Shown in pieces: positions 10,153 to 20,065 of a stretch of DNA of 64,000 nucleotides; the first letter of the stretch is position 1; each line of letters begins with the position of its first letter. This stretch comes from Pirellulales bacterium. GTDB taxonomy: Bacteria; Planctomycetota; Planctomycetia; Pirellulales; JAICIG01. The position numbers and the translations under genes were made by a program. The notes below the pieces were generated by a model, which did not search any database, was not told the origin of the DNA, and worked only from the letters and a program-made list of their open reading frames with translations. Location of the stretch: NCBI GenBank assembly GCA_040901675.1, contig JBBDYJ010000011.1, forward strand, positions 64,001-128,000. Reading direction: 5' to 3'.

Positions 10153-11412
10153 ATGACCTACAGCGACCGGCCACGCGAGCGCGTCGAAGTGGTTTGTCCC
10201 ACCTGCCACGCCCGGCTCAATCCCAGGGCCGAGTGGGCCGGCCGCAGCGTCCGTTGCCCCGATTGCCATTCCGCCGTTCTGGTGCCCGATCCACGACCCG
10301 CCCAGCCGGCCCCGCCACCGCCCCGCAACTTGGGAGAATACGGTGTCCGCGACCCGGCAAAGGGGGCCGCCGAACCGCCCGAAATCTACCTGGTGGTCTG
10401 TCCACAGTGCCGTGCGCGGCTCCATCCCCGTCTTGACCAGGTCGGCTGGCGGGCGCGGTGCCCCGACTGCGATACCCGCTTCGTCCTGCCGCCGCCCCGC
10501 CCGTCCGCTCCGGAACCCGTGCTGGCCGAGCCGGGCCAGTACGGGCTAGGCGCGCAGGCCGACCGAGGCGAGACGCCGATGGAGTACCTGGCGGTTCAGG
10601 TCCGCCGCCCAGCGGCCGAGGAATCCGCGCCGGTCGAACTTCCGCGGCTGTGGCTGGTCAAGGGGGTCTTCGACTTTCCCTTACAGCGCGATGCGGCCGA
10701 CCGCTTGCTGATCCTCTCGCTGCTGGGCGTTGCCGCCAGCGGGATGACCCTCTTCGGCCTGTGGGTCATCGGGTTCACCATGCTGGCCGCCCCCTTCTTC
10801 GCACTGGCCGCGGGTTGGCTCTGGTACTGGACCATCTCGTTCGGCGCAGCTTGCATCATGGGCATTGTTCAGGATACGGCTTCGCGCAGCGCGGAAGTGT
10901 ACAATTGGCCCGAAGGCGATTGGCGGACCTGGACCTGGCCGGCCCTCTATCTCGGCTACCAGTTTGCGCTGTCCGTGGCGGCCGGCTACCTGGCCGGTCT
11001 TCCCCTGACGGCCTTGCTCGGGCCTGGCTCGGCGGCCGTGTCGCTCCTCGTGGTATTCCTGCTGTTCCCGATCCTCCTGCTGTCGTCGATGGAGGCCGAC
11101 TCGCCGTTCATGCCTTACTCGCCGGTGGTCCTGGCGGGCCTGGTGCGCGATTGGTGGGCCTGGGCAGCGGTCTATGCAATCGTCGCCCTGTCGTTGGGAA
11201 CCTGGCTCGTACTCACCGTGGCGGGACTCGTTTACGCGCCGCTTCTGACGGTGTTGTTCGCCGTCCCGTCGCTAGCGGCGCTGGCATTCATCTGGGCGCG
11301 GCTGCTGGGCCGCTTGGCATGCCGCGCCGGCACGCAGAAGCCCAAGCATCCCCGCCGTAAGCGGCCGCCACCCAAGGCGGCCCTCAATACCGCCGGTCCT
11401 GGGCCCGCATGA
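10153..11412 (+). CDS. Double zinc-ribbon membrane protein
   Basis: Two CPxC...CPDC pairs followed by about six TM helices. Confidence 0.7.
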   Translation: MTYSDRPRERVEVVCPTCHARLNPRAEWAGRSVRCPDCHSAVLVPDPRPAQPAPPPPRNLGEYGVRDPAKGAAEPPEIYLVVCPQCRARLHPRLDQVGWRARCPDCDTRFVLPPPRPSAPEPVLAEPGQYGLGAQADRGETPMEYLAVQVRRPAAEESAPVELPRLWLVKGVFDFPLQRDAADRLLILSLLGVAASGMTLFGLWVIGFTMLAAPFFALAAGWLWYWTISFGAACIMGIVQDTASRSAEVYNWPEGDWRTWTWPALYLGYQFALSVAAGYLAGLPLTALLGPGSAAVSLLVVFLLFPILLLSSMEADSPFMPYSPVVLAGLVRDWWAWAAVYAIVALSLGTWLVLTVAGLVYAPLLTVLFAVPSLAALAFIWARLLGRLACRAGTQKPKHPRRKRPPPKAALNTAGPGPA

Positions 11413-12073
11413 TCAGGTAGAGCAGCGTCAAAAGCGACTGCAGCGTGGCGGCCACGTAGGTCCAGGCGGCCGCGTTGAGCACCTTTTCGACGTAGACCAG
11501 GCCTTGATGGTCGATAATTCCCAGCGCCACCAGTTGCTGCTTGGCCCGCGTGCTGGCATTGAACTCGACCGGCAAGTTGACCACCTGGAAGAAAACCACG
11601 CCGCCAAACAGCGCAATGCCCGCCCACATCAGGCCAGCCCCCCACGTCGTACCACTGGCAAACAGACCGATAATGAACAGCAGCATGCTGAATCCGCTGC
11701 CGAAGTTCGCCAGCGGCACGGCCGCGTTGCGGACCACCAGGGGGGCATAGTTATGCGCATCCTGGATGGCGTGTCCCGCTTCGTGGGCGCCGATGCCCAC
11801 CGCCGCCAGCGTTCGGCTCTGATACACCTGGGGGCTCAGCCGCAAGACCTTGTGGCGCGGGTCGTAGTGATCGGTCAATTGACCGGGAATCTGCTCGATC
11901 TCGATCATGTCCAGGCCGGCCGAGTCGAGCACTTGGCGGGCCGCCGCGGCGCCGCTTAGCGAGGCCGGCATCCGCTGTGCCTCGGCATACGTCGAGCGGA
12001 CCTTGGCCTGCGCCCAAAGCGCCAGCAAAATGGCCGGTGCAAGGACTATAAAGTACAAGGGGTCAAAAATCAT
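11384..12073 (-). CDS. Putative neutral zinc metallopeptidase (YugP-like)
   Basis: LTDHYDP, HEAGH zinc motif, LPVEFNAS, AAAWTYVA. Confidence 0.9.
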   Translation of the reverse strand: MIFDPLYFIVLAPAILLALWAQAKVRSTYAEAQRMPASLSGAAAARQVLDSAGLDMIEIEQIPGQLTDHYDPRHKVLRLSPQVYQSRTLAAVGIGAHEAGHAIQDAHNYAPLVVRNAAVPLANFGSGFSMLLFIIGLFASGTTWGAGLMWAGIALFGGVVFFQVVNLPVEFNASTRAKQQLVALGIIDHQGLVYVEKVLNAAAWTYVAATLQSLLTLLYLIMRAQDRRY

Positions 12074-12091
12074 CCGATGGTTCTCCAGATC

Positions 12092-12229
12092 GTAGAACGG
12101 AACTTCATTCCGTTTCTGCCCAACCCCGCCATATTCGATTCGCTTGCCGGCAAGCCATATTAGCCGGCCAGCTTTCCCTGTATTGTACGCAAGCGGCGTA
12201 GTCCCCGTAGAACGGAATTCGTTCCCTTT
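12092..12229. repeat. Two copies of REP-like family B (GTAGAACGGAA..TTCCGTT) at 12092-12115 and 12207-12229
   Basis: GTAG tetranucleotide leading into the hairpin AACGGAA/TTCCGTT. A third copy is at 13475. Confidence 0.75.
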
Positions 12230-12371
12230 CCTCTCCCGGTTTCCGTCACCCGTTTTTCTCCCCCCGGGCGACGGAAACGCATGATCCCCTGACCCGCCGC
12301 AAAATCATCCAAAACTGCCCATATTATCCAGTTCACTGGAACCAGCGGTTTCGCCATGCTATGTTCGCGGT

Positions 12372-13478
12372 ATGCCTCTCGCGCGCAAGATCCTCGGATT
12401 GCCGGCGTGGCAGGGACTGCTGCTGTCCGCCCTGATCGCGGCAGGACAACCAGGCTGTTCCCCGTCCACCGCCAGTCAGCCGCAGGCCAGTCAACACGTC
12501 AAGTCGGCAAGCGCCCTGGGCGCCTCGTCAGCCAGTCAGCCCGATGAACAACTGCGCGAGCGCATCGACCGCGTCATCGCCTTCACCCGCCGCCGGCATC
12601 TCAGCCCGCAAGTACACAATGCCTGGCAAGTGGTCCACGGACTCTTGGCCTTCGGCCGCCAGCTCAGCTTGAACGACAACGGCAAGCTCGTCGGCGCCCT
12701 GGACTACCTGCTGCAGGGTGGCGAGCTGAAAGGCTGGAAAATGCTGCCGGGCGAAAAGGGCCTCGAAGCCCTGCTCGAACCGGGCACCAAGAGCGGACAG
12801 GGGCACGAGGACCAGTGGCTCGGTTATCTCTCGCAGTGCGGTCTGGCGGCCGAGGAAACAATCGTCGTCCAGGGACAAACGTTTTATATCTCGGACCTGG
12901 TCACCCAAGCTCAGTGGGACGTGCGCGAGGGGGTCGAGGCGACTTGGACCCTCATGGCGCTGGGCACGTTTTTGCCGCTCGACGCCCGCTGGCAGGCCAA
13001 GGACGGCAGTCAGTGGTCGCTGGAACGGATCATCGAATCGGAAGCTGGCCAGGAGCTGGCCGGCAGTGCCTGCGGAGGCTCGCACCGGTTGTATGCCATG
13101 GCCGTGACCTTGAACCGCTACCTGGAGGAAGGTGGCGAGTTGAAGGGCGGCTGGCTGGCGGCCGACAAGAAGATCCAGGAGGCCGTCGAGGCCGCCCGCC
13201 GCTTCCAGCAGCCCAGCGGCGCATTCTCCACCAACTACTTTCAGCGGGCCGGAACATCCGCCGACGTCGGCCTGCGGATCAACACCACCGGCCACGCCCT
13301 GGAGTTCCTCGCCGTCGCGCTGCCCCAGGAGCGATTGGAGGAACCGTGGGTCGCCAAGGCGGTTGCCTACCTGTGCGGCCTGCTGGAGCAGACCCAGGAC
13401 CTGCCGCTGGAGTGCGGCGGCCTGTATCACGCCGCTCACGGCCTGGCCTTGTACCGCGAGCGGATCTACGTCCCGTAG
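12372..13478 (+). CDS. Conserved hypothetical lipoprotein (helical, possibly terpene-cyclase/prenyltransferase-like repeats)
   Basis: Lipobox-like AGQPGC; motifs WQVVHG, GQGHEDQW, ACGGSH, TTGHALEF; host-like codon usage. Confidence 0.65.
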   Translation: MPLARKILGLPAWQGLLLSALIAAGQPGCSPSTASQPQASQHVKSASALGASSASQPDEQLRERIDRVIAFTRRRHLSPQVHNAWQVVHGLLAFGRQLSLNDNGKLVGALDYLLQGGELKGWKMLPGEKGLEALLEPGTKSGQGHEDQWLGYLSQCGLAAEETIVVQGQTFYISDLVTQAQWDVREGVEATWTLMALGTFLPLDARWQAKDGSQWSLERIIESEAGQELAGSACGGSHRLYAMAVTLNRYLEEGGELKGGWLAADKKIQEAVEAARRFQQPSGAFSTNYFQRAGTSADVGLRINTTGHALEFLAVALPQERLEEPWVAKAVAYLCGLLEQTQDLPLECGGLYHAAHGLALYRERIYVP

Positions 13479-13497
13479 AACGGAATTCATTCCGTTC
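13475..13497. repeat. REP-like family B copy providing the stop codon of the upstream CDS
   Basis: GTAGAACGGAATTCATTCCGTTC. TAG 13476-13478 is the ORF stop. Confidence 0.75.
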
Positions 13498-13519
13498 CCA
13501 CCCGTAGAACTTTCAACGC

Positions 13520-13798
13520 CTAGGGCATGGTCCGGCGGGGTCGGGCGGCCATGACGTACAGCGCCAGAACGATCACCGCGCCGACGACCGACATTATAAA
13601 GCCGGCCGGCCGGAATGGGTCGTGAGGGCCGCCGGTGAACAGCCACGAAAGAAACCCACCGGCCAGCGAGCCGACGATTCCCAGCGCCATGGTCATCACC
13701 CAGCCCATCGCCTGTCGTCCGGGGACCAGCAGTCTGGCGACGGCTCCGGCGATCAGGCCGAAGACTGCCCAAATAATGATCGCGCCCAAGGTCTCCAT
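13520..13798 (-). CDS. GlsB/YeaQ/YmgE family (transglycosylase-associated) stress membrane protein
   Basis: GLIAGAVARLLVPG...LGIVGSLAGG...SVVGAVIVL; GGAGG RBS. Confidence 0.9.
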   Translation of the reverse strand: METLGAIIIWAVFGLIAGAVARLLVPGRQAMGWVMTMALGIVGSLAGGFLSWLFTGGPHDPFRPAGFIMSVVGAVIVLALYVMAARPRRTMP

Positions 13799-13876
13799 TA
13801 CCCACCTCCAAACCAGCTCGTTTTCGCCCAATTTGTTTGTCGCTTGCCGTATGCTTGGCCCTTTGCCATGGCCTTT

Positions 13877-13892
13877 TGCACGTTACGTGCCA
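13877..13892 (-). promoter_or_regulatory. Sigma54 (-24/-12) promoter for the GlsB/YeaQ gene
   Basis: Minus strand TGGCACGTAACGTGCA, GG-N10-GC spacing, about 80 nt upstream of the ATG. Confidence 0.65.
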
Positions 13893-14150
13893 AGCGATAA
13901 TCAAGCACCGTCCAAAGCGGTGCCGAACCATCTGCGCCCTTCCGTCAGCTCCTTCTTCCCCAACCGGTAGTAAGCGCGGCATCCAGTCCCGCTTCGCGCT
14001 GATCTAACACCGATCAGTGTGGCGGGTTATGGCTCAAGCGACCTGGTCCAAGAGTGCATTTCCACGGATCGGCCGCACGGATGCCCGCTCTGGGCCGCGC
14101 GCCGGGCGGCGGTTGGGGCGGCCGCTTACGGCAAGCCTATCCACCGATCT

Positions 14151-14166
14151 TGGCACTGATCTTGCA
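14151..14166 (+). promoter_or_regulatory. Sigma54 (-24/-12) promoter for the general stress protein gene
   Basis: TGGCACTGATCTTGCA matches TGGCAC-N5-TTGCA, about 77 nt upstream of the ATG. Confidence 0.75.
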
Positions 14167-14242
14167 GCCTCGTGCAGCTTCGTCCCTGCACCAGGCAGGA
14201 TTCCGCTGGCCGACAACGCTGATTTTGAAAGGGAGCCAAGCA

Positions 14243-14989
14243 ATGGCAGCGACTACTCGACAAACCGCCGTGGGAATCTTTACCGACTTGCGACTGGCCC
14301 AGGAGGCCATCGAAGAGCTGCACAAGGCCGGTTTCCGTGAGGACCAGATCGGCGTGGTTTCCCGCGACACCGAAGGGGCATCAGTCCAGACCGCCGTCCC
14401 CGACGAAGGAACCAAGGCCGGCGAAGGGGCCGTGGGGGGCATGATCGCCGGTGCCGGAGTCGGAGGCTTGTGGGCCATCGGGATCGCCGCCGGCTTGCTG
14501 CCCGCCATCGGTCCGGTGATTGCCGGCGGCGTCCTGGCCAGCATTCTCGCCAGTGCGGCCGCGGGCGCAGCCGCTGGAGGCCTGATTGGCGCCTTGATCG
14601 GCCTGGGCATTCCGGAGGAAGAAGCCCGCTACTACGCGGGCGAGTTCCAGGCGGGCCGCACCATTGTGACGGTGCAGGCAGCCGATCGCTTTGCCGAGGC
14701 GACCAACATCCTCAAGCGTTCTGGGGCCGAGTTGGCCCCCAGCGGCCTGGCGTCGGTCGCATCCTCGACCACACCGCCGCAGGGCACTGCCGCCACGGCC
14801 GGCATGTCCGCTGGCGAGTCGCCCGCCATGGGTGGCGTGCGCCCTCACGAAGAGGCGGTGATCGAGCGCAATCCAGTTCCCGAGGCCGGAGTCCCCGACA
14901 CCGACGTGGGCACGACGCACGCCGAACACTTGCGGCGCGAAGAGCGCGTGGAGCATCGTGGTGACGACGCCGGCACCACCCCCCGCTAG
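14243..14989 (+). CDS. General stress protein (YflT/17M-like with Gly-zipper)
   Basis: AVGIF...AQEAIEEL..GF...IGVV, Gly/Ala-rich AIGPVIAGG, LIGLGIPEEEARYY. Confidence 0.8.
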   Translation: MAATTRQTAVGIFTDLRLAQEAIEELHKAGFREDQIGVVSRDTEGASVQTAVPDEGTKAGEGAVGGMIAGAGVGGLWAIGIAAGLLPAIGPVIAGGVLASILASAAAGAAAGGLIGALIGLGIPEEEARYYAGEFQAGRTIVTVQAADRFAEATNILKRSGAELAPSGLASVASSTTPPQGTAATAGMSAGESPAMGGVRPHEEAVIERNPVPEAGVPDTDVGTTHAEHLRREERVEHRGDDAGTTPR

Positions 14990-15112
14990 CACGGGTGCGC
15001 GCCCTTGTTGCCCTGCCAAAACCCCGCAACGCGACGGCGTGCTACCGCTGCGCAGGACGCCGCCCGTCCGCCGAAGGCGTAAGAAGCAACGCCACCCAGC
15101 CCGGCACCCGCC

Positions 15113-16639
15113 CTACGACGCCAGGGCGGCCCGCGTGCGCTCGACAAGACGGTTGTCACTGTCGCCCGAGCCGCGGAGGTTGAATACGCTGGCCGCCAGG
15201 TAACGGTCGCGCCAGTTCGGCGAAACGTGCCCGTAGTCCTCCAGCACGGCCGAGCTGAACTTGTAGTCGTGCGAATTCGTCCCCTTGAAGAATACCTGCA
15301 AGCGGGCGCCGTCGATGAACGGCCGCACGTCGCCGCGGCCCTGAGTATAGGCCAGCACCTTTCGAGCGGCCGACATCCGGTCGCGGCTGATCTCCGCCAG
15401 AATCTCATCCACCGCCGGCTGGGCCGACTCGGCGGCGGCCGGCTCAATCTGAGTGATGTCCACGTCGGCCACCGACCCCCGCCCCTTCATCGCCTCCCGG
15501 AACAGCGGCAAGAACGCGGCGTTCTGCAACAACAGCATGCGGCGGTTCTCGTCGCTCGTGCTCGCTTGGTAGGCGTACGTCAGCGCGTTGCTGGTCGTCA
15601 CGGCGTGCAAGGCCACGATCTCTGGCTGCCGCATCAAAAGCTCGCCAGCGCCCACCAACAGGCCATCCCAGATCGATTGCGGCGCAATCCCCGAGTTCAA
15701 CAGCTCGACCACGTGATCGCAAGCCTCCTCGGCCGACCGCTGGCGGAGCGTGGCCAGCAACTCGACCGTGGCCCGGTCGTCCGTGCGGCCCTCTTGCCAG
15801 TCGGCCCGGATGCGGCCTGCGCGGGCCACGTTTTCGCGGCCGGGCCGGTCGGCCGGCAGGTCGGATTGGGAGGGATTTTTTCCCTCGTGCATCAACAGCG
15901 CGTAAGCCAGCGACCGCAGAACGGGCTCGGCGTACTGCCAGCCGATCGAGTCGAGCGTCCGCCAGCTATTGGCCACGAAGATCGCCTTGTGACCGATCGA
16001 GCGGAAATCGCGCGAGCCATACCGGCAGAACAGCTCGAACAGCTCCGCCGGCGTTGCCGAGCGGGCCAGGCCGGCCACGGCCGCGTCGGCCCGCGCTTCG
16101 TCCCAGTTGTCCATTGCCTCGATGAACTCCTGCCGGGCGCGGTCGGCCGGCGGCACCGCCGACTCGTCCACCGCCGCCATCGTCCAGTTGTTCTCGCGCA
16201 CATCCTGCGCCTGGGCATCCTTGAAGTAATCCAGCGCCCAGAAAATCGGCAGCCAGCGGTGCTCGTCGGGCGACCCCAGGCTGGCCAGGTGGGCCGAATT
16301 CACCACCAGCACCGCGTGGAACTTGAAGCCCACGCTCGGCCGCGGCTGCACGTTGCGAACGCCGGCCAGCAGCAAGGCGGCCAGGACCTCGCGGTACGAG
16401 GTGCCCGATTGGATGCGTGCCGCCACTTCTTCCAGCAGCCGCTCGCGCGAGGTCTCCTCCAACACCCGTACCAGCGGCTCGATGTCGGACTGGAACCCAA
16501 CGGCGCCGGGATTGAGTTGTGCCTCTTCGGCGCTGACGCGCGGCAAGCGCGAAAGGAACGCCCAGTTTCCCAGGCCGGCCAGTGCCGTTGAGGTTGCCGT
16601 GGCTTGCAGAAATCGCCTGCGATTCGTGGGCTTGAACAT
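15113..16639 (-). CDS. Tat-exported hypothetical protein with repeated His motifs
   Basis: NRRRFLQ Tat signal; FHAVLVVNS, IGHKAIF, LHAVTTSNAL, SHDYKF. Confidence 0.75.
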   Translation of the reverse strand: MFKPTNRRRFLQATATSTALAGLGNWAFLSRLPRVSAEEAQLNPGAVGFQSDIEPLVRVLEETSRERLLEEVAARIQSGTSYREVLAALLLAGVRNVQPRPSVGFKFHAVLVVNSAHLASLGSPDEHRWLPIFWALDYFKDAQAQDVRENNWTMAAVDESAVPPADRARQEFIEAMDNWDEARADAAVAGLARSATPAELFELFCRYGSRDFRSIGHKAIFVANSWRTLDSIGWQYAEPVLRSLAYALLMHEGKNPSQSDLPADRPGRENVARAGRIRADWQEGRTDDRATVELLATLRQRSAEEACDHVVELLNSGIAPQSIWDGLLVGAGELLMRQPEIVALHAVTTSNALTYAYQASTSDENRRMLLLQNAAFLPLFREAMKGRGSVADVDITQIEPAAAESAQPAVDEILAEISRDRMSAARKVLAYTQGRGDVRPFIDGARLQVFFKGTNSHDYKFSSAVLEDYGHVSPNWRDRYLAASVFNLRGSGDSDNRLVERTRAALAS

Positions 16640-17061
16640 GATTTCCCCCCCTGGCCGATGTTTCAGCCGGAACTCGGGTTGCCGCCGCCGTTCGGTTTGG
16701 CGGCTGTGGTCGGATTGAGACACGCCTCTCCGCGTTCGTCGGTGTGCGACATTCATTATAGCGAATGGCGGGGCCGGTAAAACCATTTCGAGCCGCGCGG
16801 GATTCGATCGCGGCATCGAACCGCCAGGCGCAGCACGCCGTTCTACCCTTGGATCTTCGGGCAAGCCGCCGACTACGACGCAGTCCTTTGGTACGCCAGT
16901 TGCCCCGGGCAGCCACCACGCTTGATTGAACGTCTCGTAATGGGCTATTCTCTTGGCGGCCCTTGAGCGCATGGACGCCCTTCCGTGCAGGTGGTTTGCC
17001 GGAGGGGCTTTTGCTGCGCGGCCCCGCCAGGCTCCGCCCGCGCTCCGTGGAAGATTGAACC

Positions 17062-18990
17062 ATGCCGCGAGAACGTGGCCTCGACCGCAGAAGCTGGCTT
17101 CAAATCTTGCAGGGCATTGTGCTGGCCGTGGCAGCCCTGTACTTCGGCAAGCAGGTGCTGTTGCCGCTGGCCATGGCCGTGCTGTTGGCCTTTCTGTTGG
17201 CGCCGGTCGTGAATTGGTTCGAACGGCGGCGCTTTGGCCGCGTGCCGTCGGTGGTCGTGGTGATGGCCGGCATCGTCTCCATCCTGGGCGTGATCGGCTG
17301 GACGGTTGGCAGCCAACTGGTCGATCTGGCCGAAAACCTGCCGACTTACGAGCAGAATCTGAAGAGCAAAATTGCTTCCTTGCGCGGCTCGGACAACGGT
17401 GTCCTCAAGAACCTCGAGCAAACCGTCAGCGAGGTCAGCAAGGAAATCGAAAAGAAGGGCGATAAGAACGACTCTCCAGCGGCCGAAGCCGGCGAGAACG
17501 GCAGCCGTCGGCTCAGTGCCGCCCAGCGCTCCCGGGCGGCTGCCGGAGGCCCCCTGCAGCCGCTGAGCCGCCCTTCGCCCGATGGCGGCCCGGTGGAAGA
17601 GCTCGAAGAAGCCCAGCTTGTGCGGGTCGTGCCCGAAGATGCTTCGTCCTGGGACGTCCTCAAGGCGACGCTGACCTCGGCGGCCGCGCCGGCGGCCTCG
17701 GTTGGCGTGGTGTTCGTCCTGGTCGTATTCATGCTGATTACCCGCGAGGAACTACGAAACCGCCTGGTCCGCCTGGCCGGCACCGGCCGCATCACGTTGA
17801 CCACCAAGACTCTGGATGAGGTGCAGCGCCGCATCAGCCGCTATCTGCTGATGAACGCTCTGGTCAACGGCGGCTTTGGAGCGGCCGTCGGCGTCGGGCT
17901 GTTGCTGATGGGGGTCGACTACGCGCTGCTATGGGGCTTTCTAGCCGCGGTCCTGCGGTTCCTACCCTACGTCGGTCCGATCCTGGCATCGATACTGCCG
18001 ATCGGCATGGCTTTCATTCAGACTCCTTTCTGGGGAATGATGCTGATGGTGATCGGCCTGTTCATTGTCCTCGAGCTGGTGACCAACAACCTGATCGAGC
18101 CCTTAGCCTACGGCCGCAGCGCCGGCGTTTCGACCGTGGCGGTGCTGGTGGCGGCCACCTTTTGGACCTGGATCTGGGGCCCCGTGGGGCTGATGTTGTC
18201 CGTGCCGATGACCGTCGTCCTGGCAGTGCTCGGCAAGCACGTGCCGCAACTCGAGCCGCTGGGAGTGCTGCTGGGCGACGAGCCGGCGCTGGCTACCGAC
18301 GTGAACTTCTACCAGCGTTTGCTGGCCGGCGACCAGGAGGAAGCTTACGCCATCCTGGAAGAGCAACTCAAGCAGCGTCCGCTGGTCGAGGTGTACGACC
18401 GGGTGATCATCCCGGCGCTGACGCTGGCCGAACGCGACCGCCAGGAAGGCGAGCTCGACGAGCACGAGGACTTCATCTGGGAAACAACCCGCGAATTGCT
18501 GGAAGAGATGCCGCCGGCCATGCCGGCCGCAGAATCGGCCGAACCGGCCCAGGCCGATCTCGAGCGGACGTTGGTCGTGGGGTGCGCGGCCCAGGATGCG
18601 GCCGACGAGTTGGCGCTGACCATGTTGAAAAAACTGCTGGCACCGCAGGGCTGCCGCCTGGATATCGTGCCCCGGGTCGTCCTCGTCAGTGAAATGCTGG
18701 AGCTGTTCGCCGCCCGGATGCCGGACCTGGTTTGCATCTCGGCGTTAGGTCCCGGCGGCGTCGGGCAGATGCGCTACCTGACCAAGCGAATCCGCCTGCA
18801 GTTCCCGGATTTGAAAATCCTCGTCGGCCGGTGGGGGTATAGCGGCGATGCCCAGCGGATGGCGGCCAGCATCAAGTCGCGCGGGGCCAGCCAGGTCGTA
18901 ACGACGATGGCCGAGGCCTTGGAACAGATCCGTTGCGGCACCAACGTTGGTGGCCAGGAACTAGCTGACCGGGAGACTCATCGTGGCTGA
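17062..18990 (+). CDS. AI-2E family transporter with C-terminal cytoplasmic extension
   Basis: LLPLAMAVLLAFLLAP, LRFLPYVGP, NLIEP, WIWGPVGLMLSVP, FYQRLLAGD; C-terminal Rossmann-like domain. Confidence 0.9.
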   Translation: MPRERGLDRRSWLQILQGIVLAVAALYFGKQVLLPLAMAVLLAFLLAPVVNWFERRRFGRVPSVVVVMAGIVSILGVIGWTVGSQLVDLAENLPTYEQNLKSKIASLRGSDNGVLKNLEQTVSEVSKEIEKKGDKNDSPAAEAGENGSRRLSAAQRSRAAAGGPLQPLSRPSPDGGPVEELEEAQLVRVVPEDASSWDVLKATLTSAAAPAASVGVVFVLVVFMLITREELRNRLVRLAGTGRITLTTKTLDEVQRRISRYLLMNALVNGGFGAAVGVGLLLMGVDYALLWGFLAAVLRFLPYVGPILASILPIGMAFIQTPFWGMMLMVIGLFIVLELVTNNLIEPLAYGRSAGVSTVAVLVAATFWTWIWGPVGLMLSVPMTVVLAVLGKHVPQLEPLGVLLGDEPALATDVNFYQRLLAGDQEEAYAILEEQLKQRPLVEVYDRVIIPALTLAERDRQEGELDEHEDFIWETTRELLEEMPPAMPAAESAEPAQADLERTLVVGCAAQDAADELALTMLKKLLAPQGCRLDIVPRVVLVSEMLELFAARMPDLVCISALGPGGVGQMRYLTKRIRLQFPDLKILVGRWGYSGDAQRMAASIKSRGASQVVTTMAEALEQIRCGTNVGGQELADRETHRG

Positions 18991-19804
18991 ACTATTTACC
19001 CTCGAAAACGCGGTTGCCTTGTTGACGTTGACCAGCCTGGAGGTCGTGCTGGGCATCGACAACATCGTGTTCATCTCGATCCTGGCGTCCCGGTTGCCCG
19101 CGAATCAGCAGGCCATGGGCCGGCGCACCGGCTTGCTCCTGGCGATGCTGATGCGGATCGCCTTGCTGTTCGCCATCGCCTGGGTAATCGGGCTGACGCG
19201 CGAGCTGTTCAGCCTTCCCCGCTTCTGGACGGCGGAAAGCGGCGATCGCCACGTAATCACCGGCCGCGACCTGATCCTGCTTTTCGGCGGCCTGTTCCTG
19301 ATCGGCAAGGCCACCTACGAAATCCACGACAAGCTGGAAGGGGAGGCGGGGCACGATGCCGGCCAGGGCCGTGCCTCGTTGCCGTCGGTGCTCATCCAGA
19401 TCATCCTCCTGGATCTGGTGTTTTCGCTCGACTCGGTGATTACGGCCGTCGGCATGGTGCAGACCCGCGTCGACGCGCCCTGGATCGGTTTCACGATCAT
19501 GATCACCGCGGTCGTAATCTCGATCGCCGTGATGCTGGTCTTCGCCGAGCGGATTGCCGGCTTTGTCGAACGGCACCCGACGATGAAGATCCTGGCCTTG
19601 TCGTTTCTGATCCTGATTGGAGTGATGCTGGTCGCGGAAAGCTTTCACGCTCACATTCCCAAGGGATACATCTACTTTGCCATGGCCTTTTCGCTGGTCG
19701 TCGAGCTGTTGAACATGCGCTTGCGCAGGGTTTCCGCCCCAGTCAAGCTGCACCAGAGCTACGTGAAGGAGTCCGGAGTCCACGTGGCAGACTCCGGAGT
19801 GTGA
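18983..19804 (+). CDS. TerC family membrane protein
   Basis: LEVVLGIDNIVFI, DLVFSLDSVITAVG, IPKGYIYFAMAFS. Confidence 0.93.
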   Translation: MAELFTLENAVALLTLTSLEVVLGIDNIVFISILASRLPANQQAMGRRTGLLLAMLMRIALLFAIAWVIGLTRELFSLPRFWTAESGDRHVITGRDLILLFGGLFLIGKATYEIHDKLEGEAGHDAGQGRASLPSVLIQIILLDLVFSLDSVITAVGMVQTRVDAPWIGFTIMITAVVISIAVMLVFAERIAGFVERHPTMKILALSFLILIGVMLVAESFHAHIPKGYIYFAMAFSLVVELLNMRLRRVSAPVKLHQSYVKESGVHVADSGV

Positions 19805-20065
19805 CGGCGCCCCTTGCCGTTCTCACCCCTTTTTGCCGCTCATCCCATCCCTCCGATACACTCTCGGCGGATCTGCCTCCTTCTGCTTTTCCTCCCTGCA
19901 CCCCCCACGCCCGACTGCTCACCCGCGCCCCACACACCGCACAAGTGCGCCATTGCGCGCTCTCCGCAAAGGCCGAAAAACGCGCGCCGGCCTGATCGGA
20001 CCCAAGAAGGGCCGTCGATAAATATCCGCACGCGGCCGTCCCTCCACTTAATCAGGAGTTCAGCG

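Noticed and set aside
19960..20000. c-di-GMP-I riboswitch-like GCAAA...GAAA upstream of the TPR gene
   Set aside because: The P2 stem complement and second GCAAA element are missing.
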